Positions 1-12,700 of a stretch of 64,000 bases of DNA are shown here, in pieces. The position numbers were made by a program, and so were the translations under genes. The notes below the pieces were generated by a model. That model searched no databases. It was not told the origin of the DNA and saw nothing but the letters and a program-made list of their open reading frames with translations. The stretch is from the NCBI GenBank assembly GCA_950097015.1, contig CATNEN010000033.1:2294001-2358000 (forward strand), read 5' to 3'. This stretch comes from Macrostomum hystrix. Taxonomy: Eukaryota > Animalia > Platyhelminthes. Each line of letters begins with the position of its first letter. The first letter of the stretch is position 1.

Positions 1-554
1 AGTTTAAGTAGCTGCTGCTTCTGCTGCTAAGCTTCACTCGCATGCCAGCCCTCATAGTTTCCGTTCTGACACTTTGTCGGACCTTAATGTTATTGTTACC
101 AACATCTCAAACTTTTAGACGTGTTCTAAAACACTGCTGATTGAGTAGTATAGTACAGTTGTTATTCCACAACAAACCAATTTTCATTGATAGTGACATT
201 GCATGCATGCCCTGTTCCCTTTTTAAATCTTTGGCGTTTGCAGGTAACTATTTGACGACCAGAGATAGCTATTTCTAATTATCAATTTTCGATATGATTC
301 CATATTCTGCATAACAACCGTTGCTATCTGGAGCAACAGTCTACATTCTTGGTAACTCTAATCATTGCATTTTTGGGTAAGACGTCTTATGGCAACGGAA
401 AAATAGCTAAATTTGCCTAGCAACCGTTGTCATGGGTGCTAACTCACTTATTATTGCAATTTTTTCTTTTTTTGTGGCAAATGTTTAAACAAAATAGATT
501 TTTGTTAGCAATCGTTGCTATTTCTTCAGCCTTTGCTAAGGCTTAAGTTCTCAA

Positions 555-715
555 TAGCAACCGTTGCTACGTATTCAACCTTTGCTATGGATAAAAGACT
601 CCATAGCAACCGTTGCTATTTTTTCAGCCTTTGCTAACGATAAAAGTCCCATAGCAACCGTTGCTGTGTATGCAAACTTTGCTACGGCTTAAACTCCCCA
701 TAGCAACCGTTGCTC
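555..715. repeat. Degenerate ~49-bp repeat carrying the quasi-palindrome TAGCAAC-C-GTTGCTA
   Basis: Copies start at 555, 604, 652 and 701, with looser copies near 310, 418 and 506. Confidence 0.75.
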
Positions 716-761
716 CAACAAACACTCCTGAGCATAGCAACACCGCCCATCCCCACTCCAG

Positions 762-3700
762 GCGTCCCAGACGGGCCGACACGCTGTCCAAAGCGTCTGG
801 CGGCGCCAGCGGCGGCGGCGCCGGAGCTGCGGGAGCCGGCAAGAAGCCGTCCTTCAAGAAGGTCATCGAGCCGTTCATGCTGAACCGGTGCCAGTTCTGC
901 AATGCCATCATTGAGCAGTACGATGAGGACACAATCTCGCTGGCCATCGTCTGCCTGGGCGCGTTCGTTCACAGGGAGCCGGTGATGGCTGCCCCGATGC
1001 TCATGAGCATGTTCTCAGCCGTGTCCAAGATTGTGCTGCATAATGCCTACTCGTGGAAGGCCGACCAGCCCAATGTGATCGCGCCCGGCAACATGAACAG
1101 CGTTGCTAAGCAGTTTCTGCGCTGCTCGTTCCACCAGCTGGCGCCCAATGGCCTGTTTGTGCAGCTGTTCCAGACCAAGATCGACTGTGAGTCACACGAT
1201 TGCTGGCGCCATCTCTTTCCTATCAGGTAGATCTAAATGAACTTTTTAAATATGGCACTCCGTTCCAGATGAAGGCTTCTTTAAGTGCATGGTGGCCGTG
1301 CTGGTAGATTTCCAGGAAATGAACTGCTTCCGCCCGCTGGAGATGCTGCTGGAGGCGCTGAACGAGAGGAAGAGCCTGCCCCAGGTGAGAAATCTGCCCA
1401 ACCCACGGTATCTACCCACCCCATGGTATCTACCCCACCCCATGGTGTCTAACCCACCCCATGGTATCTAAACCACCCCATGGTATCTACCCCACCCGAT
1501 GGTGTCTAACCCACCCCATGGTATCTACCCCACCCCATGGTGTCTAACCCACCCCATGGTATCTACCCCACCCCATGGTGTTTAACCCACCCCATGGTAT
1601 CTAAACCACCCCATGGTATCTAACCCACTACCTAACCCACCCCATGGTATCTAACCCACTACCTAACCCAACCCATGGTATCTAACCCACTACCTAACCC
1701 AACCCATGGTATCTAACCCACTACCTAACCCATCCCATGGTATCTAACCCACTACCTAACCCAACCATGGTATCTAACCCACTACCTAACCCAACCATGG
1801 TATCTAACCCACTACCTAACCCAACCATGGTATCTAACCCACTACCTAACCCAACCATGGTATCTAACCCACTACCTAACCCAACCATGGTATCTAACCC
1901 ACTACCTAACCCAACCATGGTATCTAACCCACTACCTAACCCAACCCATGGTATCTAACCCACTACCTAACCCAACCCATGGTATCTAACCCACCCCTTG
2001 GTATCTAATCCACCCCATGGTATCTAACCCACACTATCGTATCTAACTCACCCTATGGTATCTAAGCCACCCTATGGTATCTAACCCACCCCATGGTATC
2101 TAACCCACTACCTAACCCAACCATGGTATCTAACCCACTACCTAACCCAACCATGGTATCTAACCCACTACCTAACCCAACCATGGTATCTAACCCACTA
2201 CCTAACCCAACCCATGGTATCTAACCCACTACCTAACCCAACCATGGTATCTAACCCACTACCTAACCCAACCCATGGTATCTAACCCACCCCTTGGTAT
2301 CTAATCCACCCCATGGTATCTAACCCACCCATGGTATCTAACCCACCCCATGGTATCCAGCCTACTCAAATGTATCTATCGCCTTCAATGACTCGGCAGG
2401 GTGACTCACTGGCTCAGCTAATGGAGAACGTGAGCGCCTACCTGGAGTGTCTGCCCACTGAGCTGCCCGCATCCGCCTCCTGGTCCTCCCTGCTCGAGCG
2501 CGTCGACATTTTCCTGCGCCGCGTGGCCCCATGCCTGCCGGTGTCCAGCTCGCTGTTTAGCTACGAATGCGTGTTCCGCACCCTGCACTGCCTGTTCCGC
2601 TCGCCAGTGATCAACAATCAGAAGCAGGTTCTGGAGCCGATTGGCCGCGTCCTGGAATTCCTCCTGTGCAACTGCGTTGTGTCACTGTCCAGCCTGGTTG
2701 AGCTGTGCTCTGCCTGCAATCGGGTCTTCACTAAGGAGCGAGATAAGCAGCATGTCACCAGGACGGCTATCATGCTGCTTGTTCAGGTTTGCTTCCTACC
2801 TGTGCAGTCGGTTTCGCACTATTTCTGCCAAAGAGCCCCTAATTCTAATGTACACTCTTTGCTGAAAAGCCCTAACCCCCAATGTACACTCTTTGCTGAA
2901 AAGCCCTAACCCCCAATGTACACTCTTTGCTGAAAAGCCCTAACCCCCAATGTACACTCTTTGCTGAAAAGCCCTAACCCCCAATGTACACGGAGGCGGA
3001 TGAGGCGGATGCGGGCAGCTCAGTGGGCAGACACTCCAGGTAGGCGCTCACGTTCTCCATTAGCTGAGCCAGTGAGTCACCCTGCCGAGTCATTGAAGGC
3101 GATAGATACATTGCTGAAAAGCCCTAACCCCCAAAGTTCACTCCTTGTTGAAAAGCCCTAGCCCCAATGTACAGTCCTTCGTGACAAGCCCTAACCCGAA
3201 TGTACAGTCCTTCGAGACAAACTCTAAACCCCTATGTACACTCCTTCCCTGCAAGCCCTATCCCCAATGTACACTCCTTCCCTGCAAGCCCTATCCCCAA
3301 TGTACACTCCTTCCCTGCAAGCCCTATCCCCAATGTACATTCCTTCCCTGCAAGCCCTATCCCCAATGTACACTCCTTCCCTGCAAGCCCTATCCCCAAT
3401 GTACATTCCTTCCCTGCAAGCCCTATCCCCAATGTACACTCCTTCCCTGCAAGCCCTATCCCCAATGTACACTCCTTCCCTGCAAGCCGTAGCTCCTAGC
3501 CACTATGTACGCCAAAATCCAACCCAGGCGTTGAAGTTCCGCTGCAGCCTGCCAGACGAGAACTTCCTCCTGCTGGTTCAGCTGGTGCTCAGCGACGCTG
3601 GCGGCTGCGTTGAGCCCAGCCTGCTGGCCGAGAGTCTGGGCCAGCAGCTCTCCGGCTGCCAGTCCGTCAGCACCGGCGCTGCCGAACTGATGCGCGCCAG

Positions 3701-6700
3701 CCTCACGGACTGCGTGGCCTTCATAGCCGACCTGCACACGGTGCACAAGCTCAAGTCGCTCAAGACCGGCCTGTCGCTGCACGAGGACACTCTGGGCGCG
3801 CATTTGAAGAGCGCCGTCTCGCAGTACGCGGTGATCGAATTCGCCCAGGCCAGGATTGGCGAGGGCGGCCGCCAATGGGCGATTAACAAATACCTGTCCT
3901 GGCTGAGACATCCGCCTGCCACCGTGCAGCAGGGGTGAGTTCGCTGCGAACCCAGTCCGAAATGGGTAGTCCGCAATCAAATCGATTATTGAATCTATCG
4001 ATGGCAAATAAAATCAGTCGAATCAATCAAATCGATAATCAGTCAAATCGATAATCAATCAAATCGATCATCAATCAAATCGATCATCAATCTAATCGAT
4101 AATCAAGCTAATCGATAATCAATCTAATCGATAATCAATCCAATCGATAGTCATTCAAATCGATAATCAATCTAATCGATAATCAATCTAATCGATAATC
4201 AATCTAATCGATAATCAATCCAATCGATAGTCATTCAAATCGATCATCAATCAAATCGATCATCAATGAAATCGATAATCAATCGAATTCGTGACCGCAG
4301 ACCGCGCGAGTTCCTCGAGTGCCTGGAGCACATCCGCCTGCTGTCCTGGCTGCTCATTGGCGCCATGATGCACACCGCAGTCACGGCTGCCAACGACTCC
4401 AGCGACTCTGGCGGCAGCCTCTGCCAGCCGATTCCGCTGGACGCCAGCACCTACGTGGCCGAGCACGTGATGGTCATCATGACCGGCTACGCTGAGCACT
4501 CCAAGGGCAGCACTCACGTGAGCAGGGGGTGTGGAGGCGCATTAAGTTTATTTTTAGCCCTTCATTTTGCTAATGCTGCCCGCTTCACTGCCCAGAATGC
4601 AGCCTTGCAAGCAGAAGCGGTTGTTTGCTTGCTTGCTTTTTACAGATTGAGCTGACAATTGGCGATTTCCAATCATTCTAGGAAATTGAAAATCGGCGAT
4701 TTCCGAACATTTTTTGAAACAGATTATCAGCGATTTCAGAACATTCTAGGAAACTGAAAATCAGTGATTTTTTACTATTCTAGGAAACAAAAACTCCGTG
4801 ATTTACAAATATTCTAGGAAACTGATAATCACCGATTTTCAAATATTCTAGGAAACAAAAACTCCGTGATTTACAAATATTCTAGGAAACGAAAACTCCG
4901 TGATTTACAAATATTCTAGGAAACAAAAACTCCGTGATTTACAAATATTCTACGAAACTGATAATCACCGATTTTCAAATATTCTAGGAAACAAAAACTC
5001 CGTGATTTACAAATATTCTAGGAAACTGATAATCACCGATTTTCAAATATTCTAGGAAACAAAAACTCCGTGATTTACAAATATTCTAGGAAACGAAAAC
5101 TCCGTGATTTACAAATATTCTAGGAAACAAAAACTCCGTGATTTACAAATATTCTACGAAACTGATAATCACCGATTTTCAAATATTCTAGGAAACAAAA
5201 ACTCCGTGATTTACAAATATTCTAGGAAACAATAACTCCGTGATTTACAAATATTCTAGGAAACAAAAACTCCGTGATTTACAAATATTCTACGAAACTG
5301 ATAATCACCGATTTTCAAATATTCTAGGAAACAAAAACTCCGTGATTTACAAATATTCTAGGAAACAAAATCTCCGTGATTTACAAATATTCTAGGAAAC
5401 AAAAACTCCGTGATTTACAAATATTCTACGAAACTGGTAATCACCGATTTTCAAATATTCTAGGAAACAAAAACTCCGTGATTTACAAATATTCTAGGAA
5501 ACAAAAACTCCGTGATTTACAAATATTCTAGGAAACTGATAATCACCGATTTTCAAATATTCTAGGAAACAAAAACTCCGTGATTTACAAATATTCTAGG
5601 AAACGAAAACTCCGTGATTTACAAATATTCTAGGAAACAAAAACTCCGTGATTTACAAATATTCTACGAAACTGATAATCACCGATTTTCAAATATTCTA
5701 GGAAACAAAAACTCCGTGATTTACAAATATTCTAGGAAACGAAAACTCCGTGATTTACAAATATTCTAGGAAACTGGCGATCGGTGATTTTTAAATATTC
5801 TAGGAAGCAGAAAATCGGCGATTTCTCAGCATTCTAGGAAATAGAAAATCTGTGATTTCCAAACACTCTAGGAAACTAAAATAATCAATGGTTTCTGAAT
5901 GAATAATGAAACTAAGAAATAGCTTCTAAATTTTGCTCTATTTTTAGCTTATATTTTGCAAATTTTTCTGTGTAAGAGTTTATAGAAAAATAGTTACTGA
6001 TGACCAGAAATCAATTAATGGCTTGCAATTTTGAGTGCCATGCCTGCATTCCATTTGAAGCAATTGCACTTTGTGATAATTTTGTACTATTGTGCATCTT
6101 ACTGCCGCAAACAACCGCATGTTGCATGGCGGGGTCACTGTGTTTTTTTTATTTCATTTTCCCACAATTTCTCCGCCTAACCAAAGTTTGCCGCAAAATA
6201 TGACCGCTTCGTTTTGAGTAACCGATTTTTGCTCAACCACTAGAGTACATTCCTGTGTGCGTTTGTGCATTTGTGAGACTATAACTTTGACTGCTGACTT
6301 CAAATGATTCCCTTCTCTTCATTTAGTTTCTCACTCAGTCACTCTGCTCATACACTCAGTCACTCTGCTCATACACTCAGTCACTCTGCTCATACACTCA
6401 GTCACTCTGCTCATACACTCAGTCACTCTGCTCATACACTCAGTCACTCTGCTCATACACTCAGTCACTCTGCTCATGCACTCAGTCACTCTGCTCATAC
6501 ACTCAGCTGCTAGTATTGTGATGCGTATGCTATTAATATGATTATCAATGATTTATTTTACTCAGCTTTATTTCCCCAGTTAAAAAACTTTGTTGCACTT
6601 TCCTCAATTAGCGAGCAAGCAGTGATTTTAGCTATTAATAATGCATTGCCGCCATCAACTCCAGCTTAGGATTGTTTTGTCAACATTTTTCACCGCATCC

Positions 6701-9700
6701 TCATCCTAATTGTTTTCTGCAATTTTCGCCTTAGATACACCTGGCACACAGCCACAGCCCGCACCAGCCAAATCACCACCACTCTAGCAAGAAGGACAGA
6801 TCCCTGGTCAATAACATTGTACGCCTTTTTTATTGATTTATCTATGCTTTTTTACGGTCCTGAGTTTCATAATGGCAGAAGGGATCCCCAGATGGGATTT
6901 GGCGGCTGCCGGCTGACCGGAAATTGTACTTTTCTGTTTGTTTGTTTGTTTGTTCTCATTGTTTAAATACTTTTTTTCTTACTTTCTTCAGTTACGCACT
7001 TATTTTAACTAATTTAAAAATTCTCGCACTGCGATTGGCTGCTGACCCTGCGGCACGCTTGATTGGTCAGCCAGCTTTCTAGCGCCAAACTCAATCAGAT
7101 CGAAAACCAATCAGCGAAAAGAAGCCCAAAAATATATAATAGAATGACGCGAAATTTGAGCTCAATCTTTGAGAGTCGACATAGCTCGTAATAAATTTTA
7201 TTAAAAATTTATAATTCAGTCATATTAAGTCAATCAAAGTGTACTACGAGTATGTAAGATTTTTTCGAAAAAAGCAGAGGTTTGCGTCTGGCTTAGCTCA
7301 GCACAGCCAGGTGTGGTCTTCAGTCTGATTGGTTTTCTAAATCGTTTCATTGTTTCATTTTTTCCTAGCAGCGGCCAAATAATTTTCAGTTCATTCTGCG
7401 CCAGACGTTTAATTAATTTATTATTTTATAAACTGTCTAACAATATTGTTTTGTTTCGTAAAAACTTATTAGATTTTCTAATTTGCTTTGTCGAGTTTAA
7501 AGTCAATTTTTAAGAAATCTATTTGTAATCTAGGTTTCTAATCTAGTTACTATTCAGATGGTGACGTAACTCAAGGTGCTAGAGGTGCAACTCTTCAAAT
7601 CCTATGTCCATTTCTCAATTATTAATTTAGGTTATCCGGCGATATAACGAATTTAACCTGCCTGTAAGGATTAAATATTAACCAAATTTGGTTTTAATTA
7701 ATTAACAAATTGACCAGTGAGTGTACATTTACTGCGTCAACAGACCGACAACCACCACCCCAATCAGTGTACATTTAATCCATCAACAGACCGACAACCA
7801 CCACCCCAATCAGTGTACATTTACTCCATCAACAGACCGACAACCACCACCCCAATCAGTGTACATTTAATCCATCAACAGACCGACAACCACCACCCCA
7901 ATCAGTGTACATTTAATCCATCAACAGACCGACAACCACCACCCCAATCAGTGTACATTTAATCCATCAACAATCCCACACCCACCACCCCATCAGGGTA
8001 AATCACTGATAAAGATACTCATAAAGATGTAGTTTAATAGTTTTAACTGAAACAATAGCGCTACTATTTAAGCTTTAGTCGCTTGAGCACTTTTGTTTTG
8101 CTATGCAAATAAAAGCCTTCCTAAGCAGAATAAATAAAAGCCTTTCTAATTTTCTAGTGCTAAATTTAGCTGACTCATTTCCAGGTAACTTGTCTTGTTT
8201 AGACTCATTAAAAACGTTCCGTTTGTTTACCGAATTCCATTGCGATGGAAGCGGCCTTCAAACAGCAGCTAATTCTTAGATTCAAATATTTCTTTTTAGA
8301 ATGCCTTCTGCTTTATCTATTTATAGAATTAGTTTTTTTTCCTGAATAAGAAGGTGAATTATCTGATTTGATTCGAATCAACCAAGCGCTTATTGTGCAA
8401 TAATTGGCCAGTGAGCACCACCTGTTCCCAGTGTCAGATGCCGCGCTAATCGTACAGCTGATTAAAAATTATTTCAGCATGAATTGAGTCAAATAATCAA
8501 AATGACGACTGATTGACACTTGATTTATCCATGGCCATTTTAGTGTACTTCGAGCTGTGATTAAAATATTTTTATGCAACCAACGGTTTGGGGACCTTCA
8601 CAGTCCGCATTCAATCATCAACCTTACTCCGCCAGTAGGCCCACCTCACTCCAATCCAGTGAACCCACCTCACTCCTAGAATAGACCCACCTCACCCCTT
8701 CCAATACACCCACCTCACTCCTCGAATACACCCACCTCACTCCTCGAATACACCCAGCTAACTCCAATCCAGTGAACCCACGTCACTCCCTTGAATAAGC
8801 CCACCTCACTCCCTAGAATAAACCCACCTCACCCCTTCCAATACACCCACCTCACTCCTCGAATACACCCACCTCACTCCTCGAATACACCCACCTCACT
8901 CCTCGAATACACCCAGCTAACTCCAATCCAGTGAACCCACGTCACTCCCTTAAATAAGCCCACATCACTCTATCCAATACACCCACCTTACTCCATTCAT
9001 TACATCCACCTCACTTCCTCGAATAAACCAACCTCACTCTATCTTTATGTACACTCACTATTCAAAATACACCCACCTCCCAATCTAAACACCCCGATCC
9101 CCAGTACACCCGCCCACTCCTTCCAATGCATTGATTGATTATTTCAGTTCCACCGAGGTGGTTCCACCACAATGCGCAGTCGCAATCTCCAGCAAAGCAA
9201 ATGGCACAGCCCCCCCATCAAACTCCGCTCCCTCCACCTGCAGGGCTCGGTACAGCAGATGTCGGCGCTTAACTTCGCCTTCCACCTGTGCAGCCTGTGG
9301 ACAATGTACTGCGAGGTCGGTATTGACGACGCCTCGCCAACTAACGACGCCAGGCAGAGGATTATGGACTTCTGGGGCCGGGTAACGCCCGGAATTCTGC
9401 AGCTGCTGTCGCACGCCAAAGGGGTGAGTTCCATGGGTGCCTGGGACTAAAAATCCTCGGCAACGTCATTCATATTCCTCCTTTGCTGAAGAACGCAGAA
9501 GTGCTGCATTTTTCTCTTGTCTCATTGTGCGCTTTGACTGAAATTTTTATTTTCCATTTTTAGATGCCAGGTTTGAAATCCTTTAACAGTAGAAAGACCA
9601 CCCAATTTCCCCCTGGGGAAAGACCATGGTGTTACTTCAAATGCCCACTGCCTACTTCACGATAGCTCCCACTGATTGGGGTGGTGGTTCTCGGTCTGTT

Positions 9701-12700
9701 GATGGAGTAAATGTACACTGATTGGGGTGGTGTTTGTCGGTCTGTTGATGGAGTAAATGTACACTGATTGGGGTGGTGGTTGTCGGTCTGTTGATGGAGT
9801 AAATGTACACTGATTGGGGTGGTGGTTGTCGGTCTGTTGATGGAGTAAATGTACACTGATTGGGGTGGTGGTTGTCGGTCTGTTAGTGGAGTAAATGTAC
9901 ACTGATTGGGGTGGTGGTTGTCGGTCTGTTGATGGAGTAAATGTACACTGATTGGGGTGGTGGTTGTCGATCTGTTGATGGAGTAAATGTACACTGATTG
10001 GGGTTCTGGTTGTCGGTCTGTTAGTGGAGTAAATATACACTGATTGGGGTGGTGGTTGTCGGTCTGTTGATGGATTAAATTTACACTGATTGGGGTGGTG
10101 GTTGTCGTTCTGTTGATGGAGTAAATGACACGGATTGGGGTTCTGGTTGTCGGTCTGTTAGTGGAGTAAATATACACTGATTGGGGTGGTGGTTGTCGGT
10201 CTGTTGATGGATTAAATATACAATGATTGGGGTGGTGGTTGTCGGTCTGTTGATGGATTAAATGTACACTGATTGGGGTGGTGGTTGTCGGTCTGTTAGT
10301 GGAGTAAATGTACACTGATTGGGGTGGTGGTTGTCGGTCTGTTGATGGAGTAAATGTACACTGATTGGGGTGGTGGTTGTCGATCTGTTGATGGAGTAAA
10401 TGTACACTGATTGGGGTTCTGGTTGTCGGTCTGTTAGTGGAGTAAATATACACTGATTGGGGTGGTGGTTGTCGGTCTGTTGATGGATTAAATTTACACT
10501 GATTGGGGTGGTGGTTGTCGGTCTGTTGATGGAGTAAATGACACGGATTGGGGTTCTGGTTGTCGGTCTGTTAGTGGAGTAAATATACACTGATTGGGGT
10601 GGTGGTTGTCGGTCTGTTGATGGATTAAATATACACTGATTGGGGTGGTGGTTGTCGGTCTGTTGATGGATTAAATGTACACTGATTGGGGTGGTGGTTG
10701 TCGGTCTGTTGATGGAGTAAATGTACACTGATTGGGGTGGTGGTTGTCGGTCTGTTGATGGATTAAATGTACACTGATTGGGGTGGTGGTTGTCGGTCTG
10801 TTGATGGAGTAAATGTACACTGATTGGGGTGGTGGTTGTCGGTCTGTTGATGGAGTAAATGTACACTGATTGGAATTCTGGTTGTCGGTCTGTTAGTGGA
10901 GTAAATATACACTGATTGGGGTGGTGGTTGTCGGTCTGTTGATGGATTAAATTTACACTGATTGGGGTGGTGGTTGTCGGTCTGTTGATGGAGTAAATGA
11001 CACGGATTGGGGTTCTGGTTGTCGGTCTGTTAGTGGAGTAAATATACACTGATTGGGGTGGTGGTTGTCGGTCTGTTGATGGATTAAATATACACTGATT
11101 GGGGTGGTGGTTGTCGGTCTGTTGATGGATTAAATGTACACTGATTGGGGTGGTGGTTGTCGGTCTGTTGATGGAGTAAATGTACACTGATTGGGGTGGT
11201 GGTTGTCGGTCTGTTGATGGATTAAATGTACACTGATTGGGGTGGTGGTTGTCGGTCTGTTGATGGAGTAAATGTACACTGATTGGGGTGGTGGTTGTCG
11301 GTCTGTTGATGGAGTAAATGTACACTGATTGGAATTCTGGTTGTCGGTCTGTTAGTGGAGTAAATATACACTGATTGGGGTGGTGGTTGTCGGTCTGTTG
11401 ATGGATTAAATATACACTGATTGGGGTGGTGGTTGTCGGTCTGTTGATGGATTAAATGTACACTGATTGGGGTGGTGGTTGTCGGTCTGTTGATGGAGTA
11501 AATGTACACTGATTGGGGTGGTGGTTGTCGGTCTGTTGATGGATTAAATGTACACTGATTGGGGTGGTGGTTGTCGGTCTGTTGATGGAGTAAATGTACA
11601 CTGATTGGGGTGGTGGTTGTCGGTCTGTTGATGGATTAAATGTACACTGATTGGGGTAGTGGTTGTCGGTCTGTTGATGGAGTAAATGTACACTGATTGG
11701 GGTGGTGGTTGTCGGTCTGTTGATGGATTAAATGTACACTGATTGGGGTGGTGGTTGTCGGTCTGTTGATGGAGTAAATGTACACTGATTGGGGTGGTGG
11801 TTGTCGGTCTGTTGATGGATTAAATGTACACTGATTGGGGTGGTGGTTGTCGGTCTGTTGATGGAGTAAATGTACACTGATTGGGGTGGTGGTTGTCGGT
11901 CTGTTGATGGATTAAATGTACACTGATTGGGGTGGTGGTTGTCGGTCTGTTGATGGAGTAAATGTACACTGATTGGGGTGGTGGTTGTCGGTCTGTTGAT
12001 GGATTAAATGTACACTGATTGGGGTAGTGGTTGTCGGTCTGTTGATGGAGTAAATGTACACTGATTGAGGTGGTGGTTGTCGGTCTGTTGATGGATTAAA
12101 TGTACACTGATTGGGGTGGTGGTTGTCGGTCTGTTGATGGAGTAAATGTACACTGATTGGGGTGGTGGTTGTGGGTCTGTTGATGGATTAAATGTACACT
12201 GATTGGGTGGTGGTTGTCGGTCTGTTGATGGATTAAATGTACGCTGATTGGGGTGGTGGTTGTCGGTCTATTGATGGATTAAATGTACACTGATTGGTGT
12301 GGTGGTTGTCGGTCTGTTGATGGATTAAATGTACGCTGATTGGGGTGGTGGTTGTCGGTCTATTGATGGATTAAATGTACACTGATTGGTGTGGTGGTTG
12401 TCGGTCTGTTGAAGGACCTCTATGGTTAATCCATAGAGGTTCAAAAATTGTTTAATGGTTCCAAAATGAAGAAAAGCTATTTAATCAATAAAAAAATTAA
12501 TTGTGATAGCCGACACGGTGACATGATGTAATTTTGTGAGCAGAAAATGATGTCCGTGATGCCCTTGTTCTGGATATTAATGGCGATTGGTTGAATATTT
12601 TGGGATAAGCTGAAAAACAGTAAAATGCAGGTGGTTGAAATACTCCCGTGGTCTTTGTACTGTTGAATAAGTCTAATTAATAACAAAATGATATCAGACA

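Noticed and set aside
4670-5880. Regular 31/32-bp repeats resembling a CRISPR array
   Set aside because: No unique spacers, no cas genes, and the array lies in a spliceosomal intron.
9632-11509. Long repetitive ORFs over minisatellites (also 19821-21132, 26389-26783, 27509-28402, 35626-36566, 38573-39133, 62864-63996)
   Set aside because: All are translations of tandem repeats located in introns or intergenic DNA.
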